In this document: positions 26,030 through 36,206 of the stretch, in pieces
How positions within the stretch are numbered: position 1 is the stretch's first letter
Layout of the letters: every line of letters starts with the position of its first letter
Origin: Isurus oxyrinchus
Lineage: Eukaryota
DNA length: 64,000 nucleotides
Assembly (NCBI GenBank): GCA_026770705.1
Contig: JANJGN010000140.1
Span: forward strand, 62,001 to 126,000
Reading direction: 5' to 3'
Position numbers and translations under genes: made by a program
The notes under the pieces: model-generated
What the model saw: the letters and a program-made list of their open reading frames with translations, nothing else
What the model was told of the DNA's origin: nothing
Database searches by the model: none

Positions 26030-26570
26030 GCTGTGTAAAGTTTTGGTCTCATTACTGAAGAGAGAACCATCTGCTTTGGAAGGAGTGCAACAAAGGCTCA
26101 CCAGACTGATTCCTGAGATGAAGAGGTTGTCCATTGTGAAATGATTGAGTAGTCTGGGCCTGTATTCCCTAGAGTTTAGGAGAATGAGAGGTGATCTAAT
26201 CAAAAAATATAATATTCTTCAGGGACCTTGACTGGGCAGATACTGGGTCGCAGTTTCTCCAGGCTGAGGAGTATAGAACTCAGGGTCACAGCTTCAGAAC
26301 AAAGGATCATCCATTAGAACTGAGAAACGGAAAATAATCTTGAGAAGAACTATTGTTGTGAACCTGTGGCATTCTGTAACTCAGAGAGCGGTGGGTGTTC
26401 AGTATCACCGTGTATACAAGGCAATATTCGACAGATGTTTGGATACTAACAGAATCAGGGGATATTGGGGGAATGTGGGAATGTGATGTTGAGGTTGAAA
26501 ATCAGCAACCATATTACTGAATGGCTGAGCAGGTTTGAAAGGAGATCTGGCGCCTCCTGCTTCTATTCGA
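26030..26570 (+). mobile_element. Old CR1 3' fragment in the J-to-supporting-V intron
   Basis: caaaggctcaccagactgattcctgag...gagtttaggagaatgagaggtgatct; a copy at the equivalent position in cassette 2 (38930-39430, -). Confidence 0.7.
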
Positions 26571-27984
26571 TGCTCTACTTTGATTTTCTACAGGCCTGAG
26601 AAAAGAAATCAGCAGCATTCCACATCTCTCTGGGAAGTTGAAGCCGGCTGGACCTTTTTTCTCTGGACAAAAGGGAAACACTGGGAAAATTAATAGAAAC
26701 CTTTCAAACAATGAGCGGTTTTAGTCTGGTGAAATTGTTTATTTGTGGCTGAGGCCAAAGCAATGGACCATCAAAATATTAACAGGACAAAGAAGAATAT
26801 TAAGACAAATAATTTTTAACAAAGACAAGTCAGAGTATGGAACTTGCTGTCCCAGGGAGTGCTTGCAGATATTACTGATATATTTACGGAACAGACCGAC
26901 CCAGGGAGCTGGATGGAAATGGTCAGTTAAGTTTCGGTGGGGATTAGGTTGGAATTGAGTCTATGCACAGGTTGAATGGCCCATTCCTCTTTTGCGTTCT
27001 TTTTCCTCCATAATGTTAAAATTGAGGGAAAACTCCGCCCAGTGAACCCGGGAAAGAATCAGTTAACGTACGGAAAGAATTGAAATTGTCAGAGAGCCGG
27101 AAGAGGCAGTTCCCAGTGAGTAACAGTAAAACCACTGCGGAAACTGAATAGACTGAACCCAACAGACAACTGAGAGAGTTTGGGACAAGTTCCCACGATT
27201 GCAAAAAGCGCAAACAGCACAAAGTAAATGTGAAAAAAGGAAATGTGAAATAAAATAAATAAAATTAAATTAATTGTAAATATTTCAAATGAACTGAACT
27301 GCAGAAGATTGGACCCTATTGATAAAACTTAGCGAAATAGAGCACCAGGCCGTGAGAAATGCCCGAGCACTTATAAACCGCAGGAAATGATTGACCTTTG
27401 GCCACTGATGTTTGGCTTTGGCCCAATTGGTGCTGATGATTCCCATCGGTTTTGTGTTGGGTCTTGCTGTGATGCCACACAGCTGTATTTCTCTCTAACA
27501 AACATTTTTTTTTTTGGAAATCGGTTGCCTCATTGATCATAAAATATTCCCTCGGGTTTGTCTCTCATTAGGGATAATACACACAGGGATGTAATTTTAT
27601 TCATAGAATTATCTGGCCCATCGTGTAGGCGCCGACGCTTTAGAAGTGCAAACCAATTGTTCCTACGGCCCATTAACTTTCTCCATCGCTCTATATTTTT
27701 ATTTACATTTCCAGTACAGATCCATTACCTGCTTCAAAGTTACAATGGAATCTGTTCCCACCACCAATTCAAACGGTGCATTCTTCATGAGGAGAATTCG
27801 CTATGGAAAAAAAATCACTTCATTCCCAACTTTATCATATTTTAATAACAGTGAATACGGTTCAAACAGGCTTCAAACGAATAAAATTACCACAAAAAGC
27901 AGAGCTATTCAAGCGATCGACAACTTCTCCTGGACAAACAGTGGATAAACAAAAAGATAATGTTCATTTTTTTTGATTCTCCAG

Positions 27985-28290
27985 ATTCCAGTTCCATGAT
28001 TTCCCGGGATCCGCTAGTACAAATCTCTGCTGCCTGTGACACCGTTACTTTAAACTGTGAATATTCAGGGTTCTGTCCATACACAGTACACTGGTATCGT
28101 CTGTCACCCGGACAGGCTCCGGAATATCTGCTTCAGAGACACACTTCAGGAGAGGAGAATAAAGAAAATGCCGTCGAGGGGAGAATTTCTGCTTCTATCG
28201 AATCCGTCGAGAAAATCAGCCGGTTAAAAATCTCCAAACTACAATGGAGCAACTCCGCTGTGTCTTACTGTGCATTGAGTCGGCGTGCAG
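27985..28290 (+). CDS. Leaderless supporting TCR-delta V of NAR-TCR (cassette 1)
   Basis: tctccag|AT is phase 1, matching the NAR-TCR J donor. DSSSMISRDP...VTLNCEYSGFCPYTVHWYRLSPGQAPEYLL...NSAVSYCALSRRA with CDR1 Cys at 28074; no leader found upstream. RSS CACAGTG 28291-28297 + 23 + AGAAAAGCC. Confidence 0.92.
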
Positions 28291-28703
28291 CACAGTGATA
28301 CAGAGCATGGAGAGAGCTGTAGAAAAGCCTGAACATGGTGGGATTACAGAAGGACCAACAGTAGCTGAATCTCCTTCAACGCTCGTGCAATAGCCTACGG
28401 GATGGTACCAACTGCTCTCAACACAGCCCCCCTCCCTCCTCCCCACCCCGTGATGTTAACCTGGGTCCACCCGACATCACCACCCCCACAGCCTCCCGGC
28501 CCTGGACCCTTACCCCCTTTCCCATTGTGTCAGTATCGCCCTGTTTTCTCCTCCTGGATATTCAGGGATTTGTACCCTCCCCAGTGCACCCAGGACCGCA
28601 TAATAAAGTCACGTCCCGTGTATTCACCGGCCTGATCCATCTCCCAGACAAGGGAGCAGCTTTGCCCAGAGATGTGGAGGGGGTGGGTAACATGGATCTT
28701 GTG

Positions 28704-28762
28704 ATCGGGTTTAACCGCGTGCAACATACGGAACAACGGGACCAGGTTGATTGTGGAAACCA
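28704..28762 (+). pseudogene. Possible degenerate TCR J segment
   Basis: TAC GGA [AC] AAC GGG ACC AGG TTG ATT GTG GAA ACC A|gtaatt gives YG(N)GTRLIVET if a 2-nt insertion is removed; only a weak heptamer (TCTTGTG 28697-28703). Confidence 0.4.
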
Positions 28763-29081
28763 GTAATTCATTGTGGATCACTCCACACCTTTTATTTATT
28801 TAATTTTCATTCTCTTTCCCTCCTCTGAACTGACTTAGATGTTAAGACACGGCGTTATTTCATGTGTCAGTGATGCAAACGGGATTTGGGGTGAGGAGCT
28901 GTCGTTGGGGGTCAGATGGGGGTGGGTGCGAGGGAGGGGGTGTTGATTGACTGGATCCATCCCAGAAAGTAGATGCCAACCCTTGTGCATCGCGATTCCA
29001 ATGGTCCCCCCCCCCACTCCCCCAAGGCTTTAACAGGCCTTTAATCACCAAGTCAGGCATTATTGAATGTGTGTCCGTGTA

Positions 29082-29115
<34 letters not shown>

Positions 29116-30150
29116 TGTCTGTCTGTCTGTCTGTCTGTCAGTGTGTGTATGCACTGGCGGGGGAAGTTTCACTTGAGCTGGGGGGTTGTGCACTGCACTG
29201 GTTAAGGGCTCCAGTCTCGAAATATTCGAAGCTTCAATGTCCCCAAAGTACACGGTCAGTCAGGGTTCGGTGTGGGGATCGTGGGATGGTACAACCTTGT
29301 CGGTGGGTACCATTAAGGACATAATAAATAGGAGCAGCATTGAGCAGTTCAATAAGATCATGACTGAGATTCGACCTCAATGTCCTCTTGGCCTGTCCCA
29401 ATATCATTGATCCCTTCAGCGCCACCTCCCAAAAAATCTATCCATCACCAAATGAAAATCCATCAGTCACCATTTTGAATATGGGCATCTGCTGAACATC
29501 CTGAACCCTCTGGGCTGGAGAATTGCAAAGGCCCCCAGCCCTCTGAGTGAAGGGATATCTCCTCAACTTAAGCCAAAATGGCCGACTTATTACCCTGAGA
29601 CGAGGACCAGAGTATTTAAAGTGCCATTTGAAGGTGTTAGTTGTTTTGTGTGTGTATGTGTGTGCCTGTGTCTGAATTCTAATGTTAAGGAGACTCCGTG
29701 AAATTAGAAGTCATGTTTATGTTGCATTGTGTAATGTGGCCCAAAACCCTATGCTCCATTAACCCAGGCAGCCATATATTGCATCAAATATCGCAGTGTC
29801 GAGGAACAGTTGCCGATGGTGGGGTGGGGGATGTACATTGTCTTTGCTTCCAATTCTACTGAAACCCCACTTGCAGCATATTTGTAATGCGTTGAGTATT
29901 TCGTTTGAAAGTAAAAAAGAGGATTCACCCAACCCTCTGCCTCGCTTGGATTTGTCAATTGGGAAATCGCGGCCATGATTTCTTATGGTGCGAAATTGAA
30001 GGAGAGCTGCGAATCATTTCCAAGATTGCAGGGTTTGAGGATTAACTGTTTAACCCAAGCAAATTGCAGAAAATAGCATTATGTGGTGGGACTTGGTGAA
30101 CTGGCCAGAAGAGTGCCGAAAGCCATTTGAAGTTTATTGGCGTGTCATTG

Positions 30151-30239
30151 AGTTTTCAGATGGAGTTTTGTCATTGTGTATTCGAGTGTTTTTAGACCAT
30201 TAATATTCGGAACAGGAACCAAACTGACCGAGGAACTTA
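30151..30239 (+). CDS. TCR J segment, delta-like (coding 30179-30239), with 12-RSS
   Basis: AGTTTTCAG + 12 + CATTGTG; YSSVFRPLIFGTGTKLTEEL A|gtgagt (FGxG motif, phase-1 donor). Confidence 0.88.
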
Positions 30240-30349
30240 GTGAGTATAACCTGTTGGTATCTATTTGAGAAGACTCATTCGGCAAACAGAAATTATTGCA
30301 AAAAGGGGGGGCAGGGGGCGGTGAATTTCAAACTGCCGTCCAGAATGAT

Positions 30350-31220
30350 GAGCCTGGGGAATTTATTTGCGGGGTGGGGTGGGGGGGGGTGGTAATTTGT
30401 GGAGGGGAGAATTTGGGCCTGGGGGGTAAATTTGCGGGGGGTAAATTTGCACGGTGTGGAATTTGCAGAGTGACAGAATCTGCAGGGGGAATTTACACAG
30501 GTGGAAAATTGCGGGGAGAGAGAATTTGCACGGGGGGGGAAACTTGCACATGGGGGAAATTTGCATGGCTTGAATTTGTGGGGGTGGAATTTGCGCAGGA
30601 GGGAATTTGCCGGGCGGGAAGACATTTGTACAAGGAGAAATTTAAGGTGGGGGAAATTTTCGCAGCGGAAAATTTGTGAGGGGGGAGTTTGCACAGAGGG
30701 AAAATCGCACGAGCGAATTTGCAGTGGGGAGATAATTTGGAGGGATAAATTTGCAGGGGCAAACTTGCAAGTTGGGAAATTTGCAGGGGGAAATTTTTCA
30801 GGGGGAGTAAATTTGCATGGGGGAGAAATTTGCGGGAGGTGGAAATTTGCAAAGGGCCAATTTGCGGGGAGAGGATTTTTCATGGGGGGAAACTGTGGGG
30901 CTGGAAAGGAGAATAGAACCTACAGGGGCTGAATTTGCGGAGGGGAATTTGTGGGGAAGTAAGTTTGCACAGTTTGTAATTTGCACAGAGGGGAATGTGC
31001 GGGGGGAGGTCGAATTTGTGGATGTGGTATTTGCACATGAGGGAATTTGCACAGGGTGGAAGTTGCAGGTGGGGGAAATTTGCTCATGGAGGATTTTGCC
31101 GGGGGGGAGGGTGGATTTGTGGGGTGGAAAGAACCTGCAAGGGGGATTTTGCACTGGTGGAAAACTGCGGGGAGGGGGACTTTGCAAGGGCGAGAATTTG
31201 CAGGGGCGTAAATCTGTGGG
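30350..31220. repeat. Degenerate G-rich tandem repeat, core GGGGGAAATTTGCA
   Basis: Dozens of ~15-20-nt variants of gggg(g)aaatttgc(a/g); strongly G-skewed on the + strand. Confidence 0.9.
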
Positions 31221-31415
31221 AGAGAAAGAAAAAATAGAGATAGAAGAAAGAGAAAAAGAGACATAAAAGAAGAGACAGAGAAAGAAGAAAGAGAAAGAGA
31301 GAGACAGAGAGAAAGGGAGAGAGAGACAGAGAGAAAGAAAGAGAGAGACAGAGGAAAAGAGACAGAGAGAGAAGATGCTCAATTGAAAGACAGAGAAAGA
31401 AGCAGAAAGGCAGAG
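31221..31415. repeat. (AG)-rich polypurine tract
   Basis: agagaaagaaaaaatagagatagaagaaagagaaaaagag... Confidence 0.85.
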
Positions 31416-31553
31416 AAAACTATAGACATGTCCTGAAATAGACGTGCATCTGATGAATGAGGGATTGTGGTGTGACCAGCAAGAGGGTTAGGGTGTGACA
31501 AACAGAATAATAAATTAGGTGGGTTGTCGGATGGATAAGTTGTTGGATGAACA

Positions 31554-31693
31554 NNNNNNNNNNNNNNNNNNNNNNNNNNNNNNNNNNNNNNNNNNNNNNN
31601 NNNNNNNNNNNNNNNNNNNNNNNNNNNNNNNNNNNNNNNNNNNNNNNNNNNNNNNNNNNNNNNNNNNNNNNNNNNNNNNNNNNNNNNNNNNNN
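31554..31693. other. Assembly gap (N run) within a (GATG)n-like tract
   Basis: Run of N, flanked by degenerate (GGAT)n extending to ~31945. Confidence 1.
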
Positions 31694-32099
31694 ATGGATG
31701 CATGCACAGATGGACGTATGGGCGGATGGACTTATGGATGGGTGGGCGGGTGGACAGATGGACTGAAGGAAGGAGGGACAGGTGGATGGGCGGATGGATG
31801 GAAGGACGGAGAGGAGGATGGATGGATGGGTGGATGAATGAAAGGGGAGATGGATAGAAGGGCGGCCTGATGCATTAATGGATGGCTGGATGTGCGGGCG
31901 GATGCAAAGGGGTGAAAGTGAATGACGGCTGGATAGATGGATGGTCCTCATCAATTGTTCATTTTAATTTAGATGAAGCTTACAACTGCTTTCCTTAAAC
32001 TTCGGTACTTGGGCCAGTGATGTATGCATAATAATTATTTGTAAACCGTAATCCAATAAGCATATTAATGTAATAACTTATCCTTGGTATAGTTGGTTC

Positions 32100-32960
32100 A
32101 GGCTTTGCAGATGACGGGGATCTCGCTTTGTAATAAACAATGGGGCAAATGTAAAACTTCAGGAGGACATGGACATTTCAATTTGCCTGGACTGTATCAG
32201 ATGGTATTTGTGAAATGATGCATTTTGGTGGGAATAATGAGGATATCCGATATAAACTAAATGATACAATTTGATCAGCGCTGTAGGAACAGAGAGATGG
32301 ATACGGTGCAATGTGCTCAAACCTTTGAAGTTGGCAGTGATGGCTGAGAATCCTGTAAAGAACATTTTAAGTTCTTGCTTTTATCAAGAGGAAAAAGCTG
32401 CTATGCTAAACATTTCTACAAAGCTGGTAAGGTCTCAGGTGGACTGTTATCTACGAATATCTGAACCACACACGATAAATGATTTGAGGGTCTTGGAGAA
32501 GGTGCGGGAGTGATTTACTTGGAAGGCACAACTGATGAGGGGCTTTAGCTTTGTGGTGAGACTGGAGAATCTGTGGCTGTTCTCTGTACAACATAAAAGA
32601 TTGGGAGGAGATTTGTTTGAGATATTGACAATTATTAACTGTTTTAGTTGAATAAATGAGGGAAGTTGCATCTAGTGGTGGAAAGCTCCATAATCAGAGG
32701 ACTTGGATTTAAATTCATTTACAAAAGAATCAGAGGGAATCCGAGCAGCCATTTATTTGCACTCTGAGTTGTTGTGCTGCGGAATAAGCTGCTGGATATG
32801 TTGGTGGAAGCAGCTTCAATATCAAATGTCAAAAACATAATTGGGTAACTGCTTGAAATGGGAAACTTTGCAAGGCAAAGGGGAGCAAACAGTGGAGTGG
32901 GAACAATTTGGTGCCCCTACCAAAGAGACTACATAGACATGATGTGCTGTATGGCCTCAT
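32100..32960 (+). mobile_element. Old CR1 fragment
   Basis: tttgcagatgac (FADD), tgtgaaatgatgcattttggt (CEMMHFG), and agattgggaggagatttg, similar to the LINE at 17180-19470. Confidence 0.65.
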
Positions 32961-33054
32961 TCGATGATGGTGCGATGAAGGAAAGGAACAAGCATTCATT
33001 GATGTCTCTAGGACCTAAACATCCATTTGTATTCTGTTCATTGAATATTCGAAG

Positions 33055-33398
33055 ATCTGTGATGCTCAAATATAATTAAGCAACCTGCATCATCAGTATT
33101 ATGTATAGTGGAAGGACATATGGTGTTGTCCTGTTCATACTCCACGGACAGCCGCCGATATGATCTGTTCTAGTACAGACAAAGAACGGGGGAGGCGCCG
33201 GTGCTTTTAATCAAAATGAATTCTGAGGGAGGGCAGGAAGCAGGGCGTGTTGGAGGCCGAGTCTATTCAATACCCCGAGTATATGACCGTTTTTTCAGCT
33301 TACCCCTGACAGATGTTGAGCTGAGTGCTAATGGGATTTACTATTGTGTGCTGAATATTCGCAGTGATACAAACTAATACAGGCCCTGTACGGAAACT
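33055..33398 (+). pseudogene. TCR alpha/delta V pseudogene
   Basis: IKQPASSV...MVLSCSYSTDSRRYDLF*YRQRTGEAPVLLI...DVELSANGIYYCVLNI (Trp41 to TAG at 33171). CGCAGTG 33360-33366 + 23 + ACGGAAACT; leader not located. Confidence 0.88.
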
Positions 33399-35867
33399 AT
33401 CGGTGGGTTGCCATATAACCTCAATGATGGGAGTTCAGTGTGTGAACTCTGAATCTTCGCCTCTGAAAGAACCAGTAACTTGCGATTGGAAACAATGAAA
33501 GTAGAGCCTGTTATAGGGAAAGCGAAAGTCAAGGAAAGTAGAAAGAAAGAGAAAAAGTGAGAGACAGAGGGAGAGAAAGAGAGGAAAATATGCCGAGACA
33601 CTGAAAGATACAGAGGATGGAGACAAAGATTGACGCAGAGAGCAGAAAGTCTGTGCCTGAGAGAGAGAAAGAGAGAGGGAGGGTGAGACTGCGAGAGACA
33701 ACGGAGGGAGGCACAGGCAAAGCCAGACATTTAAATGGAGAAGGAGAAAGCGATTGACAAAGCGTGAGAGGGGCAGACAAAGGGACAGATATAGAAAGAT
33801 ATAGAGGCAGAAAGAAACAGACAGACAAGGAGAGAGAGAGTCCGCAGCTTATTCTATAAAACCCTCAGGTTCAGTTATTGATCTCCAGCTAATTGTGCTT
33901 TAAGTTTGTCCCATTGTGTGATTTCAATGTGACTAAATCCGGTTCTACTGATCAACGGACATCGAGCTGTCGGCAACCGCACTGCAGAAACTGCTCGTTT
34001 TACTGTGATGTTTGAAATAAGGAAACTGAACAGTGAAAACGGTTAAAAGCTGCACGTTTCTCAGGCACTGGGGTTAGAAGGTTAGAAAAGTGTGTTATTG
34101 AGAGCGGCAGTTTCTAGCATTCCCCCTCACCTCCTTTTATTTATTAGTTGTTGTTATTGAACTATGAGAAAATGGGGAGATGTAACACAGAAATAGAAGG
34201 GGTTCATACACCCGCCCATTTTATGTCATTGCTTTGTTAAACACTACTGTATTTAATGTTTTTAATCAATTGCCTTCAATTAAATCCCATTTGTCTTCAA
34301 GCACCAATTTTCCAAGATTGCCTTTTAAACCCCTCAACTCATCCCTCATTGTCACACACTCTGCCAAAATGTCTTTGTTTACATAAATTGCTCGTTATTT
34401 CCCTGTCAGTCCAACATTCTCTCTTTCTGTGTATTTGAATCTCCCCCTCTCTGCATCTCTCTCCATCGGAAAAACCTATCTCTGCATCTGAAGACACTAT
34501 ATTCCTATATAGGAACAGGAGGAGGCCATTCAGCCCCTCGAGTCTGCTCGACATTTCCTAAGAGAATCTTTGATCTGCCCAAGAACTTCAGTACCTTACC
34601 TCCATTTTCCTTAATCAACAAAAGTGGGAGCAGCACTGGTAAAGAAACTCGCAGAAATGGAGTTCAAACGCACATGAGCATTCATGTATTCAATTTTATG
34701 TTAATTTTCTCAATCACTGGACCATCCTGCTTCACTGGAATTACCTGCCCAGCGTTCAATCAACTAGATGATTAGTTGGTTTCAAAACTTATTCTACCCC
34801 TAACCCCATCTCAAAGCATTACTACGTTATGGTCAGCAATGCCCAGATGTTCTTCTGGCTTTACTTCTCACCCTAATTTGTTTCACTCCCCGTTACCTTG
34901 CTGTTCTTCGTTTTTTGCATTTTGCTTTATAAAGACAACAGTGCACCCTGTGGGAACTCTATTCCCTTAGCCCCTTTACATACTTCTGGTGAAGTAATAC
35001 TAGGTAGTGCACGCACTATTATTAATATTCTGTTTACTATATTCCTTAATTTGTCTGCATATTTCTTTCTTCAACTCCCTTCAAGACGCAAATCAATTCA
35101 GAGATAGAGATATGGAAATAAAGAGCTACAGAGTGACACAAAGACACTCAAAGAGAGCGAGAAAAATGGAAAAGGAGAGAGAGAGAGACACCGAGAGAGA
35201 GAAGGTCCAAATACTGAGTTTTAATATAACAGTTAACACTGCGCTCAGGTTGTGAATTCAGTCCCATCTTCCGGCTCTGATTTGCAATAGAGAAAGAAAA
35301 AAAGCATGCATTTATAAAGCGCCTTTCATGACATCAGAAGTTTACAAAACACTTAACAGTCAAAAAAGGCTCTAGAGTGTCTTTATGTGGGAAACATGAC
35401 AGGCAATTTACACACGGAAAGCTTCCATAAACAACAAGGTGAGAATGACCTGGTGATCTACTTCTGTGATGTTGATTTGGGGGCGGGGGTGGTGTTGGTT
35501 GGGTAGGAGGGGGGGGATGAAAATTGATATACAACCTGTCAGTCAGTCATCGAAGCTACCATTTCCACTCATGCCTCGCAGAGATGTAAATTCCTGCGCA
35601 TGTTTCAGATGGTTCCCTCATGTAACTCGACTGTTCACGCGGAGGGTGTGTTGTGTCCCATACTATGTGGTCCAGGATTTATGAAGTTACTGTTGTGGGC
35701 CTGAGACTCTGTTGTTATTGTGTTTCTTATTTTGATAACATGTTGCCTTACCTGTTTGACACCGATATTCATGACCATTCAACCCACTGAGGAAATGGGG
35801 CCCTTGTTTCAGGATCCACCGGGCATCATGGTGAGTTATGGAGGCAGTGTAATCCCCACCATGTTCA

Positions 35868-36206
35868 TGTATTTGTACAGATGTCTCCATGCTCTGTATC
35901 ACCGCGCTATGCGTCGACTCAGTGCACAGTAATACACAGCGGAGTCACTCAGTTGTGGTTTGGAGATCTTTAACTGGCTACTTTTCTCGGCCGAATTGAT
36001 AGAAGCAGAAATTCTCCCCCTGGCAGCGTTTTCTTTCTTCTCCTCTCCTGAAGTGTGTCGCTCAAGCAGGTATTCCTGTCCTGGAGATTGACAGTACCAG
36101 TGTACTGTGTACTGACAGAACCCTGAGTATTCACAGTTTAAAGTAACGGGGTCACCGGCAGCAGAGGCTTGGAAATGCGGACTCTGGGATACCAGAGAAC
36201 TGGAAT
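35868..36206 (-). CDS. Leaderless supporting TCR-delta V (cassette 2), exon 35907-36206, with damaged RSS
   Basis: DSSSLVSQSP...VTLNCEYSGFCQYTVHWYCQSPGQEYLL...SDSAVYYCALSRRI; open frame, 6-nt FR2 deletion versus copy 1. Heptamer CGCGGTG (35900-35906) + 23 + ACAAATACA. Confidence 0.9.

Noticed and set aside
27380-27490. Possible relic leader exon for the supporting V (MIPIGFVLGLAVMPHS)
   Set aside because: Weak donor, ATG and frame not conserved in the cassette-2 homologue, and the segment resembles a SINE fragment.
28330-30150. TCR-delta D segment between the supporting V and the J
   Set aside because: No heptamer/nonamer pair with correct 12 or 23 spacing found by eye.
30293-31954. Multiple 110-196 aa ORFs on both strands
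   Set aside because: They arise from stop-poor low-complexity repeats and N runs; no domain or splice structure.
30242-35860. TCR constant exon downstream of the J
   Set aside because: No C1-set Ig domain is readable; it cannot be excluded inside the gap.
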